Below, one piece after another: positions 11,598 through 24,642 of a stretch of DNA of 64,000 bases. Position 1 is the stretch's first letter. Every line of letters begins with the position of its first letter. Source of the DNA: Lingula anatina (taxonomy: Eukaryota; Animalia; Brachiopoda); contig CM120643.1 in assembly GCA_051362555.1 (NCBI GenBank), positions 29,082,848 to 29,146,847 on the forward strand. Reading direction: 5' to 3'. A model generated the notes under the pieces. It saw nothing but the letters and a program-made list of their open reading frames with translations. It had not been told where the DNA came from and did not search any database. Made by a program: the position numbers and the translations under genes.

Positions 11598-14500
11598 GAC
11601 AACAGTAATCTGACAAAATAATATTCATATGTATTGTATAATCTAACTGAAATTCAAAGTATCTCCCTGCCAAAATGCTTTGCATTATTTCAATTCACAA
11701 TTCTATTCCTAGTCTAATTCGGTTTACCAGAAATATGAAATTCCAATGTATTTTTCTCATCAATACTTATGCATAAATTCATGGTTTTTGGTGTCTAATC
11801 AATAATGTTCCTCTTTGCTGATATGTGAATATAAACTAGACCTGTGCACAGGTCAGATGCCTGCGTACTTCATAAAAGTTCACTGCTTGGATATTTAATA
11901 TACGTATGTATACCAGCTTTACAAGTATGTTTACTGATATATTTATTTCTTTTTCAAAAAACATGCCAAGAAAAATTTTATTGAAACAGACGTCTGACTA
12001 AACCTAAAAGTAAAATTAGACTAAAAAAAAGGTCTTTAAAATAAGACCAGCTTCTTGTTTGAAGTTCTTCAGTGTGACCAGCCAATACTAGAGGTTATAG
12101 TTTACAGGAATCCCAGAACTTCAGGGTGATACTGGAAACAACACAGGCTTGCTGACAATAGAGGATTGTTTCCAGAGATCTTTACACTCAGGGTGTAAGC
12201 AAAGCACCTGCTACACAACACTTAACTTGTTATTATCCCCCAAGGTCTCTCTATTATCACTGGCAATGAAAAGCACCCTAAATGAAGAAATATTACAACA
12301 TGTTTATACCAGGAATAACTTTGGAATTAACAAACTGTGTGATGTCTCCAGTGAGATCAATCAGTGTCCTATGTGAACACCCTTAAAGAAGTATAAACCC
12401 AATATCACAGAGGTCAATTAGGGACTAGTCACTAGGTCAGAGAGACTTGCCAAGTTACTAGATAGTGTTACAGTTATCTACATAATCAATATTTCTCCTG
12501 GGGCTGGTCTATAGATCATACTGCAGTATTTTCAGAAATTGACCAAAAATAAATAATAAAAATTGTGCTACATAAACTGGACTGGGGCCTGTTTCAATAA
12601 AAAAAAACTTAATTAGCCAAAAAAAGATGGCCAACACCTTTAAACCAAAAAAAAATTGGTATGACTTAATAAATTCAAGGTAAGTTCACAGTAGTCCACT
12701 TGAATAATGTAATGTTCTGAAACATCAGCAATTTATGTCCCTCCTGTTATAAAACAAGCAGAGCATATAAAATTATTTGGGAAAAAAGACTGGATGGAGA
12801 AAATAATTCCCTGGACAGTTTTCACTGGCGCTTTGTTAAAAAAAACGCCTTCAATAATGATGTCAAATAAGTCTCTCGTACATGTCATGGTGTATAAAAC
12901 ACAGTATAACATTAACATAACAGCACTAGGTCTACCACTGACTCTCAGCTGGGTTAACTACTGCTAATAGGTGGGAATCAGCTGGGATGACTGCTGGCTT
13001 GGGAAATCAAGTAATGGTGCAGTCACTGGGGCCCATGCCAGTTAAGGTTTTATGGGGGTAATTAAAACACTTTGACTAACTCTAAGTGAGCCAATGGAAT
13101 TTTATTACACAATCTAGTTACTTTACTGATTACTTAGAGATACAACTAATTAGCTAAGACACAATATAAAGTGCGTAAGACACAATATAAAGTAGATATT
13201 ACAGATATGAAGTACCTAGAGTACAAACACAATTGGTACATAAGCCTCCTAACTTTTCTTTATAATATGGCAGGCAGGTGCTGGCAAATATAAACTGTAC
13301 TTAGATTAAGACAGTTTTAATCAAAACAATGCTGAACACAGCCAAAGTTTCTGAACACATTTGCTGTTTCCCTGATTTCATTTTCTACTGTCATTTTTCA
13401 TTCTCTGCCAATTTCCACAAAAATAAAGTGAAAGCAATCCAGTGCCACAGCATAAAAACTACCAAAATAATTAAAAGCCCAGAGTGGGAATAAATTGTTA
13501 TTGCCAGCTTTTACTTCTTCTTCTGCAGATATTACTTTTCTTTTTTTTCAATACTGTTTGAGATAGCCTTAAAACAAATTTATATGATTTCCTTCTCTTG
13601 ATTTCTGTCTGACTACCTCTCTCTCTCTCTCATGATCTTATCAAATATTTTTTTAATTAATTTCAACAATAAAATGCTCTTCTAAATTACTAGTATGTCA
13701 GTTAACATGAAGATATCAACACAGAAAACAATATTTTTTCGGACTTAAGGTAGACCCCTGCTGTGAACAAGTCCTTACAAGAAAGAAAGAAAGAGAAAAT
13801 TTCAAATGTTATATTCCACAACACATAGAATTAATACATGTACTCTTTCTAAGCAGATAACTCACTAAATAAAAATAGCTTCGTTCTCAAGCTGTACCAC
13901 AATTGGATTCTACTAATTGATCTTTGGATCAATAACCACTAAAAAGTGTGTGACGGCATCTGGGTCTCAATTCTGCAGTGGTAATTGAATTTTTTTCTGA
14001 GTAAATTTATTCAGTCAATGTTTACTTAGCATTTCTGTAGACAACTTCCCAACTCCATTTTGGGCTCTAACATGTGAAGTCTTTTTCATAAAAGAGAAGA
14101 GTTCCTTCAAAATTGCAAGTTAAGCCATTTCTTCAAGAATATAGCAGACCCATATCTAACAAACTTACAAGCCTGGCACCCGACTCCTCAAAATATGATT
14201 AAATGAAAGAGAGATAGAAAGAATTAAAGTCTGGTGTAACCCCTTCAGTAAGAGAGCCTGCAATTTGTGGCTGACCAATTATATTCATTATTACTGAATT
14301 TTTCCAGATTTTTACAGATTTATCTTGGACTGAAGTACTAGTAGACTCAAATTTGCCTGCTCACAGCTTTTTAAAAATGAAATTATTTGTGATAAATGGT
14401 TCAACTAAAAACTGAAAATAACACTCTTACTAATACTTTCAAATTGGTAATGAAGTTCCCAATAAGTTCAAACAACATGAATTAATTTTTTCATTCAAAA

Positions 14501-14750
14501 CATGTTTTGTTAGAAATATACTTTAGAAATATGGATTCAAGGGTTTTGAAAAGCTTGCTGGTTTCATACAGTACTGTTTGTTCTTTTGAGGATCCAAAAA
14601 TGGTAAATCTTAGAAAAAGTAAAAAATTACAAAACTGAGGTGTATGAAAAGATAGAGTAATTACCGTAGCACAGCTGTACTTACCCCAAGATGTTTGCTC
14701 TTCATCTTCACATAACCCTGCCTGACTATATCATTGTAATTTATAGACAT
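8014..14750 (-). CDS. DOK: Docking protein DOK4/5/6-like (PH domain, IRS-type PTB domain, Pro/Tyr-rich tail), ~408 aa
   Basis: Exons 14750-14685 ([22 protein letters not shown]), 11357-11135, 10784-10668 ([11 protein letters not shown]...ISLGEPDIL), 10419-10230 (ERFHVYLLP...[10 protein letters not shown]...FTFEAGR), 9451-9340 (HCKTGEGVY), 8861-8579 and 8249-8014. All junctions are GT-AG, phases sum to 1227 nt, and there is an in-frame TGA just upstream of the ATG. The N-terminus and PTB motifs match vertebrate DOK4/5/6 as I recall them. Confidence 0.93.
9441..9960. repeat. 26-bp minisatellite, 20 units, spanning the DOK intron 4/exon 5 junction
   Basis: Unit TCTTACAGTGCCTGGAATAGTCAACA repeats with point variants; the last two units are degenerate. 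Confidence 0.97.
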
Positions 14751-15591
14751 CTTGCTTGCTCAACTTCTTTGTGATGATTCCTGAACTGATTTTCTAGCAG
14801 CTTCTCTTATACTCTCTCTGAGAAAATTACTGAGACAAATACTGTCACCCTTGCCAACAAGAGTTTTTCCTCAATACAAAGCAAAATAGTCTTCACTCCC
14901 TCGTTGAGAAAATATCAAACATGAAAAATGTATTTTCATTAGGTCTGGTTCTTTGCTGAGAAAAGTAATCAAATACCAATATACTTCATGTTAAGTCACT
15001 GGAAAACGATCCTTGAAGACCACTCTAGATCACTCAATGCATGCAGATGGAAGTTTAACTGCAGTATCGTCCCTGACACTTTATACAGTAGCTGACTCAA
15101 TTGAAGAGTCTCATATGGGCCAACTATGACTATAATTAGTCTTCTTCCACTGGTTTCAGTTTACACTAATACATGTGTTAGTTGGTTTCACTCAGATAAT
15201 AAGAGTTTCTATTGTAGACAGTAGTCTCTAATCAGTATCAGTAGATGGGGTTTCCAATTCCCAGTCAGAAGCCAGTTTTCAACAGGTTTCCACAAATTGA
15301 GTCAGAATTGTAGAAGGTGATGTTCTCACATGGTTGATATCTCTAATCTCTCACTGTAATTCAAACACTAGAGTTTTATTGAGCCCAGTTTATAGTCTTC
15401 ATTGGGTACAGCATAGGATTTCAAAGGTGAATGTAAGCAGATAATATATATATACTGGTAAATTGCCGCTTAGCTAATAAGTTATTCTGGGAGTTTTGAT
15501 CCCATCAGTGACCAATGGTCAGTTCTCTCTAGTTGTACGTGTTGACCATCCCTTTCTGATGGTCCAGTATGAGATTCCAGATGTGGCCAAC

Positions 15592-15802
15592 TCACTGCTC
15601 AGCTATGGTCACTCCCTGCTCAATTGTGGTCACTCCCTGCTCAGCTATGGTCACTCTCTGCTTAGCTGTGATCACTCTCTGCTCAATTGTGGTCACTCCC
15701 TGCTCAGTTGTGGTCACTCCCTGCTCAGTTGTGGTCACTCCCTGCTCAGCTGTGGTCACTCCCTGCTCAGTTGTGGTCACCTACTGCTCAGATCTGGTCA
15801 CT
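15592..15802. repeat. 21-bp tandem repeat, ~10 copies (TGTGGTCACTCCCTGCTCAGT), upstream of the DOK start codon
   Basis: The periodicity is directly visible and explains the repetitive ORFs at 15496-15875. Confidence 0.95.
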
Positions 15803-17186
15803 TGCAGCTAGCTTAAGACTGTGTCAGGCTCCATTTCACTCTGGCTCATCCACTTGGTCATTTATTCTAAAATAAAGGCAGAAAAATTGCTGTTAGACAG
15901 CCATTCCAATTGATTTAACCGATATCCAATTACTTCTAATCTCAGTTCTAGTAATATGACGGATATCCAATTACTGTTAATGTCTGCCCCTGGAATTTAT
16001 TTGACATCAGTGGTCTGATTGTTCTGGTCGGTCCCGTTCCCGGGGTTGTCAGTGTTCAATACTGCATGTGATATTCACAACGAGAAAAAACAATGCACAC
16101 CTCTTTTGGTTGTGTGGCTCCTGATGGTAAAATACAACATGTGACAACCAGATATAGCATCCCATGCTTTTTTGTGGGGCATGTCAGGGTTAAACACTCC
16201 CAGTGACAACCACAAATATACTTAACTGTTCCAGTACTGATAGGTACTCCTTTTTCAATTATGGGGAACTATTATATGTAAAATACAACATGTGAAAATC
16301 ACTTTTAACAGTATATTTTCTCTGGGGATAACAAAGGGCAGTTTGATCTTCAATTTTTAATAACTTGAAGCTAAAATAATGTTTGCTTTTTTTCCTAGAA
16401 CAAGCCTTGGGGCCAGATAGCTTAAAAAATTAACCTACATTGTACTTCAGTTCAATGTATTAATTCATATTTATCCAAATTAAATCAAGTAAAAATTGTC
16501 CATGTCTTCCTTGTACATTATAGAACAGACAATGACCCTGAGTATAATATAGTAAAAATGAAGTCAGTTTTTGGGCTAAAATCTTAGCCTCCTAACATTT
16601 AGCCAACTAAGCTTTTTTCACAAGAATTTGAAGGCTTCTTACTTTATTTGTATTGGTCATTGAACTAATAAAATAAAACTGCTTGAGGAAACTGACAATC
16701 TTGCAACTATCACATTCTCTTATCACTACAGGTCACTTGTTGTACTATAGACAGCAGAATCAGATTCAAATACTCTGATGATAAAATCTCAAAATGACAC
16801 AAAAAACACCAATAACAAACAATTTAAATATCAGCTAATCCAGAATCAGATTTGTAACTTTGAAAATATCCTACTGCCTTTTTACGGTGGTACAAATACC
16901 CCGGTACCTTATCCATTACATCACAGTGATACCAGTAGTTAACCTTTATCCTCTCAGACTATACTGTTGTTATCTCCATCCTATTTCTCCCCCACTCTAC
17001 TTGACCCAGATATCATAGTCTACTTTTACCAAAGGGGAACAATGCTGTGTACTGTTAACAGTGTAAATATCCCTGTTACCTTATCCTTAACTAGAGGTGT
17101 ACTGTGACGTCATCCTACATCCACTGACAGGTTTTACTTCCTGCCTTGTATCCTGAGCTCCCTGCCATATACAGTGTATATGTAGT

Positions 17187-17243
<57 letters not shown>

Positions 17244-19953
17244 CAGGGGCCCCATAATAACTTGCTTGTACTGACTAGCTTAGAAAGCCTGAAAATTGAG
17301 ATAAACTTTAAGACAAAATTTTATGACTCAAAATAATAAAGTACTAGTACTAGTATTAGCAGTTCAGTTAATTACCACATACACCTCAGTCCTGTACATG
17401 TTTTGTTACAGCATACCTGTCAACATTGACAATTGCCAGAGAGGGAGATTCCCTTGCATGCCATATGTCCCCCACCCCAACACACACTCATATATTGCAA
17501 AATCTCACTTAGTTTCTATACCTTTACCTATACCTATATCTTTTAAATACCAGAACTAGGTGATATGTAACTACAAATCAATCATAAAATTATTTTGGTA
17601 CCAAAAAAAAATTTATCATTTAGACTAGCTGAAATACAGTTCATGCAAATAATGAGATAAAATGTGTATAGTTTGAAATGCCGAGTAAAAACAAGCAATG
17701 GAAAGTGGAGGGACAGACGTTATACATCATTGATCAAACAAACCAAAGAATACTTGATACCTATTGAATTTTACCATTTGAACCCCACTTTGACCTTTGA
17801 ACATAGAATTTCATGTGTATTTATACATGTAAGTCAGATTTTGACAAGTAATCTCAATTGTACACGTTCCATCCCCCCCCCCTTTCCGTCTCCCTCCCTA
17901 CAGCTGCAGTGTGATATATGATAGATAACACTTTTATCATAAACACACCCCAGTACCCTCATGGGGAAAAATCAATAAACAATGATAGTTGCTGGCCTGT
18001 TGTTATAGTAACAGTACAGTAACAGAGCTGGTATTCATCTCCATTTGTAGGTCAGGAACAGAAATAGCTCACAGCATTGTGGTAATTGTTCATGTAACCC
18101 AAAACAGGTTGTTTTTTTTACGTATCAGTGTTGGTATTGGATAAAATGATTATTTTTCTATTCATATTATTTACGCAATATTTCCATTTGTGTGTGTGTG
18201 TCTGTGTGTGTGTGCATGAGTATGTGTGAGAGAGAGAGAGAGAGGGAAAGAAAGAGTGGGTGCTACATCAGACCTTGTGAACACACAGTACTATAATTTG
18301 TGCCACAAACAAGTATTCAATTACTGGTACCTGAAAACCACTATCAAACAAGCCTCAACAAGGAATGAAACAACAAAGAAAGAAACTAAACTTCAGAAAA
18401 CACATGTTTGACCTCAATTTTGAGCACATAGAAAGCCATCTGGTGAAATTGATTTCTTATTACTATCTAGACATTAACTGCATAGGAAAAATTCATGATT
18501 CCCTATTAGTATTATAATGATAGTTTAGTCATATCAAACTATATGATAGTTTAACACTTATTTAGTCAATTGCTTTTGCTAAAATAACATAATAAAATGT
18601 CACCTCATAGAAATAAAACATTTTGAGGGCCAGGAGATTAACCTCCCATTGCAGATCGAAATATCCCAGAATGAAGTTAGCCATGATGTCGATACGATGA
18701 AGGTACTACCCAGTAAATAAATTGCCAGTAGACCACTGTAAACATCTCTTGAAATGCGGAACAGAAAAACTATGCCTCAATAAAGTGAAAGGTTTCAGTC
18801 ACTGTACAAATATATGTGCGTGGCTGAACAAAATTAATATCTATTATATTAAGCCAGTTTTGATCATACACTAAGTTTTTAAAATGCTATGTCTTGTCTG
18901 TTGTCTTAGAATTAACTTTTGCAGTGGGCAAGTTGATTACTACTTGTAGCTTATGGTTATTTGAGAAATTAGCACTTACCTATTTCTACAATGAAAAAAC
19001 TTAGCATACAAAAACCAAGACAAGCTATATTATTACAATAATAAATACTAGTAGTGAACAAAAACTAACACAAGCTTCAATCATTTGTCAGGTGTGAAAG
19101 CTGCATTGCTAATACCACTTACATCAAGGCTTTTCCTGGTGATCTGCCCAGCCTTAATTCTGACGACCCCCAGCACCACCGGACAACCTATATTTTCAAA
19201 GACAGCTGGACAGCTTATGGATTTTTTAAAATGTGACAGCTTTAGGCATACTTGGACTTCCCGAAATTTTGTAGGATATTACAGATGGTAATTTTGGATG
19301 GCCTGTGCCCCCAACCCTAGGAAAAGCCCCGACTTACATGCACTCTGCATATAAACTCTTCACATTATCAGCGCGTCAAAAGAAAGCCGATAACCATCTG
19401 GACCTTCCCTAACAAGACACTTATAACCCTGGTACATGTACATATAGCAACCACAATTTGATTCTCTTGGTGCCCATTTTATTTGGCTTTTTGTTGTTTA
19501 TTAAATTTTTTCACAATTCTGTTTCACAAGCTTACCATTTTTTATGGCCTGGGGTACATTGTACATGGCGATTTTATGAAGTTTGTTCAGGGGGTGGAAA
19601 CGCGCTACTTATATGATTATGACGAGCCTAACCGTCAGCACCGTATATTAGTTTGTGACCTTGAGGGGCTATTAGGCTTGGTCTTTGCGGCACGCACGAA
19701 CAGTAGTCGATCTACCACACCTGGGTCTTTTGTTTTTGACAACTGTTCACTCGTCAAGGAGGTGCTTGTTCAAGACTACAGACTGATATCTACTAGTACT
19801 ACCAGTGGCTTCATTAGTAACGTTCCCACAATACATGGTTTTCTGTCTGTGCGTACATACCCTGAATTTGGTTAGCCTCACTGACGAGAACAATGGACGT
19901 TTCTTACCCCTCTCTAGGATTACCCCTGGTTTGTTTAAATTAAAATATACGAC

Positions 19954-19984
<31 letters not shown>

Positions 19985-20400
19985 GGGGGGGGGAGGAGTT
20001 ATGGTAGACTACTACAATAGTAGTATGGTAGTCTACTCAGTAAATTAGTTTTATGTGGCTTTTAGGTTTATCTGCCCAGTTGATTAAGGTGACATGCAGT
20101 CGAGCGTGGGGCTACGCTGTGTAACTTACTACTGTGGCAAATACATAATTTAGTCCAACGTGAGCAGAAAGTACACAGTATTTTTAACAAGCTTGTTCAT
20201 GCAAGTGTACATGTGTACCGTCCCTACAGTATATGTATTGAACTTGGAAGTTTCAAGTTTCATCTATTCAAACAGATAGTATAACTGCATGTAAACTTCC
20301 ATTGGCACGCTAAAAAGTGCACGTGTCTTGATTGTTCGCCAGACGTCAATCCCGATAGAGGATACTAATCCAAAGTTCGTGTTTTGTAATGTATATCTTA

Positions 20401-20939
20401 CCTGCTTGAAGTTATTACTTACTTTCTCGTCGCTTCTGAAACCAACAAGTTTGTTTGCTCAACAGGTGGCCGCACGGTCTTAGCTTTGAATTTAGTTTCG
20501 AACTTTTTGTAATAATTCCAGAAAATGTAGCAGGCGTGTGTAGCATAAATTTTAACAAACTAAGATAATGGAAAACTCTGTGATAAATGTTTTTGTGTTC
20601 GTTATATTTTAATACCGAATAATTTAATATACGTTATCTTCAAATTTGCGAGAAAATGCGGTGTGTCTTGTCTTGGAAAAAGGCAAAGGCTTGTTTCCGA
20701 AGGACGACTTCCTTGCGAGAACCCATTCACAAAAAGCTATCATGTTTTTTTAACAGTCTGATAATTAATCCTACTTATTACTTGTGATGCTAAGAGAATA
20801 AACAAGCAGCTGAAGTTTTATTCATTTATGTCTCCTTTTTATTAAAAATCATGACACTTTGACTGGTTTGTTTCCTCACATGACGAAGATCTGCCGTGGC
20901 AGGCCGCCATACGGAGACATCCCCTAACATATTGGAAAG
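20401..20939. promoter_or_regulatory. Probable bidirectional promoter region between DOK-like (-) and CNEP1R1 (+)
   Basis: Local rise in CpG; minus-strand CAG|GTAAGA donor at 20401/20400; YY1-like GCCGCCAT near 20903; CNEP1R1 ATG at 20940. Confidence 0.4.
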
Positions 20940-23763
20940 ATGTCTCTGGAGCAAACAGAAGGTAAATACTGATTTTTGTCCCGTGTTATGGTGTAAGATC
21001 GACACATATGAACATATAAAAAGGACATCAATAGCGTATATATTTAGTAGTCCTGAATCACGAGTAAAACAAGCGCAAGTGTTGTTAAATCTGGTTCTGT
21101 AAGCTGGCCAGCTGGAGGCCTTTTTGTCCACCGGCGACGGTCGATGTTTTGGATGCGTTTGCCACCGCTCACGTCAAATTATGATAAGTTTTCTATTCTA
21201 ATCTGATGCATCACGGTATTTTGGATAGCCCTATAGTCACTGTGAATAGTCTTGGGCATTTTGATAGTCCTATGGTCATAGTCCTATAGTCCTGTAGTCA
21301 TTCGTCATCATGGCGTGTTAAAAGGATTTTCACGTGCGTATAGTTGAGCATCTAATGTAAGGCTTAAAATACAATACATGTAAATCTGATAGCTTAATTA
21401 ACTTCTCAGTACAATTATATAATACCCAGTACCTCATTGTAAATATTATGTTTGCAATCTTTATAAGGACCCATATCCTTTCATTGCTCACATAGCCCCC
21501 CTCGCAACTGTGCAGCTATTTGTTTAATATATACCATCAAGCCTTCTATGTCGATCTTTATAGCTTGATCGATCATTCTTTGTATTTTATATCATTATGT
21601 ACTTCTCAAATAAATTAACGTGTTTCAGATCTGAAAGCGTTTGAGAGGCGTCTCACAGAGGTGATCTCACAGCTCCAGCCGGCCACTGGAAGGTGGAGAT
21701 GTAAGTACTGGTCAACAGGGGTTAGTTGAAGGGGGGCTGTTAAGGGGGCATTCCCACTGAAACTATTGTGATTGAACATTGATCAACTTAACCAAGACTT
21801 GCTGAATGTAGTCAGATTAATAGATTTACACACCTCCTGGTGTTGAGAAGACTACTAGTACAGAAAAGCTGATTATAAATGTGAGAATATTGGAAACGAG
21901 AGCTAGGAGGCATGTTTATCAGTGAATCTGATTACATTCAGGAAGAGTCCCCCCTCCAGAGTTGGTTTAATTGACATATATTGATAGTTACTGGGAACAT
22001 GCCCTAAGACCCTCAACAGAAATAGATCAACAAAGACCACTACCCAGTATGGATTAATGCTCATTCTGTAGTGAAAATAAGCTTTTTAATACAGACATCA
22101 AATGCTGTGCACCAAGTTAAAAATCAGTGTTTAAAAACTGGTCACATTTATGCGTTACCACACCAAGTAAAGTGTACTCTGTATGTTTTTAGAGTCGAAG
22201 GATGTTGTGACAAAGTTATTTACTTTTTGTTTTAACTAAAAGCTGATTTACACATTTTTATAATTAGCTTGGTGGATGTCAATAATATGCACAATCATGT
22301 ATATGCCAGTATTTTCATTAAACAGCTTTCCCCTCTTTATTCTTTTATAATTAATATATACTGCATATAAATATTGTGGGAGTTGTTTACATGAAGCATA
22401 GCTATCAGATATTCAGTATTTGTGTTTTTTATCTTATTTGCATTTTTTAAAATAAAATTCACGGTTATTTCTAGCTTCACTAATGATACATGTACTAGTA
22501 GTTCTTTTAAGCTATGAATTTCATGTGTGTCCTGTCAGAGTTTTACCTGTTTTGCATTATTATTATTATTATTATTATTATAAAAAGCTTATTTATAATT
22601 TTTTATTATCAATTCCAGTGGTGCTAATAGTTGTATCAGTCTGTACTGCCACAGGAGCCTGGAACTGGCTGTTAGACCCTGAGACATCACATGTAAGATA
22701 AATATTATATACCTATATCAGAGTTAGACAGTTTTTATATGACTTGTTTCTCAAACCCCTCTGAAGTTAAAATATCTAAACTAGGAAAAAATCAAGAAAA
22801 ACTGAGATTGTGACACACAACACAAAGTGAAAATTAGTGGGGGGAAAATGGTCTAAAACTGACAAGACTGTTGTTGTTGCTGTCATGTAAATAAGACCAC
22901 CACAGTTTGTGAATTGAATTAGACTCACTGGGTCTTATCAGTGTGCTTTAGAGAAAAGCAAAACAAAACATTAGCCCAGTGTGTGAAGTTGTACTCATAG
23001 TTTTTTTAGATAAAGTATTTACTGACAATAAAAAAAAATGATTGATGTAATTTTAATCAGTGTTATATGTGTTATTTTTCAGGTATCATTTTTCCAGTCT
23101 CTCCTCAACCATCCCTTCTTCACCATCACGTGCATCATCTTACTTGGGCTCTTCTTGTGTGGAATTCATAAAAGAGTGGTGGCCCCATCTATGTATCCTT
23201 TTATGGTGAATAATGCGATATATAGTTGATATTTTTATGAGAGTTTCATTATATTTTTTTTCAGCATCTGTTGTCACATTCTAACATTGTTAGCTGTCTA
23301 TGCTATTTCTGTCTAATACTGCTGTATGTTTGTGAAACCAAAAGTGAAATTAATAATAAATATGTTAATAAAATAAATAAGTGAATAATTTGTCCTTGAC
23401 TGGTGTACAGCATAGCATCAAGATGTCGGATGGTACTAGCAGATTACAATATGTCATGTGATGATGTAAGTGCCAAGCAGATCATGCATTGTTTAAATGA
23501 TAGATCTTGGGTGAAATTTGGTGTAGACGTTGATCAGCGATGAGTCAACATTGATTGAACATTAAAAATGTGGTATTGATTCAGTGTTGAATATAGCTCG
23601 AGTCCAAATCTTGCTTCAGCCTTGACCTGTGAATTAATATAAAATGATATCTTTTAGTTATAAATTTTATAACCAGTTATAAAGAACAACAGCTTCTAAC
23701 AGCAATACCTTGTTTCTCTTTCAGACAGGGAAACTAATATTAAAACCACGACCGACAGCATGA
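20940..23763 (+). CDS. CNEP1R1: Nuclear envelope phosphatase-regulatory subunit 1 (TMEM188; Spo7-like partner of CTDNEP1), 123 aa
   Basis: Exons 20940-20961, 21629-21700, 22619-22692, 23083-23192, 23411-23465 and 23725-23763 (372 nt) give [123 protein letters not shown], closely matching human CNEP1R1. Confidence 0.96.
23193..23410 (+). other. U12-type (minor spliceosome) GT-AG intron in CNEP1R1
   Basis: The 5' site is GTATCCTTTT; the branch site TCCTTGAC (23393-23400) lies 10 nt before the end of the CAG acceptor; there is no polypyrimidine tract; the reading frame requires exactly these ends. Confidence 0.92.
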
Positions 23764-24642
23764 CGTCAGCTCTAATCAAAATGTTAGGAAAAAAGTGACT
23801 CCTTCGGGAATTGTACATGAACAGCGACATAAGTAAACCCAGGCTGTTGCTAGGAAAAAGTGCTCATCTGTGTTTTCGTGTAATAACTGTACAAAGATGC
23901 AGTGCAATCGAATGGCATATTATTAGCTTGAGAAATATGCTGTTTTATTTATCGTAAAGAGCACAGTGTTGCTGTTCCCTATAGAGCATGTTGAGGTTGG
24001 AGAAAAAACTGCCATGTTTCTCTTCAAAAAGTGGAGTTGTTTTATACTGCATTGTGGTGAAAATGGACAGCATTAACATGTTGAATCCAGTGTTGTATAA
24101 TAATTGTGATGTGGAGTCTTGAGGCTTGTATGGTGGGACATTGTGCCACTTCATTGTGACTGATGTTATAAACATGTCCACTGAATGTACTACTGTCATA
24201 TGTCAGGTTAAGTAGAGAATAAATGATGAACTGCACATGATTCTGTGGGGTTTTTATTACTAAATCTAATAGTGATAATGCCATTTAGATAATTAGTACA
24301 TTAGCATAGCACTTGCATTTCATTACAAAAAATTCTTGACCTTATGATTTTTCATTATTGTTAGTTTCGACAAATGCAGTAGAAAGAGAAAATATCAATT
24401 TTATGTCAAAGGAAAAAATGTTTTTAAAAAATGGACATTTAGGAACACATCAAGAATATCAAGTGGAATGTGGAAAATGATTTATTGTCAACAATATGTT
24501 CCAAATTGATTCACTAAATTCACATACAAATATCAACTGTTCTCTAAATCTGCCTGTCTTCCAAGTAAATGACAGCTATAGTTTAGTCAAAGAAACATGT
24601 CTTCCTTTGTAGAATATTTCGTCATCTTCTCCAGTAGGGAGT

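Noticed and set aside
15496-15875. Repetitive ORFs (CGHSLLS)n and (TTEQGVT)n
   Set aside because: A 21-bp repeat is open in several frames by construction; the starts are non-ATG and there is no splice link to a gene.
17190-17242. (CA)n, (CT)n, (TA)n and (AAT)n microsatellites here and at 11564, 27700, 31420, 41479, 45337, 58810 and 60264
   Set aside because: They are ordinary simple repeats with no further structure.
19483-19875. 130-aa ORF
   Set aside because: TTG start, no domain motif and no splice framework; probably repeat-derived.
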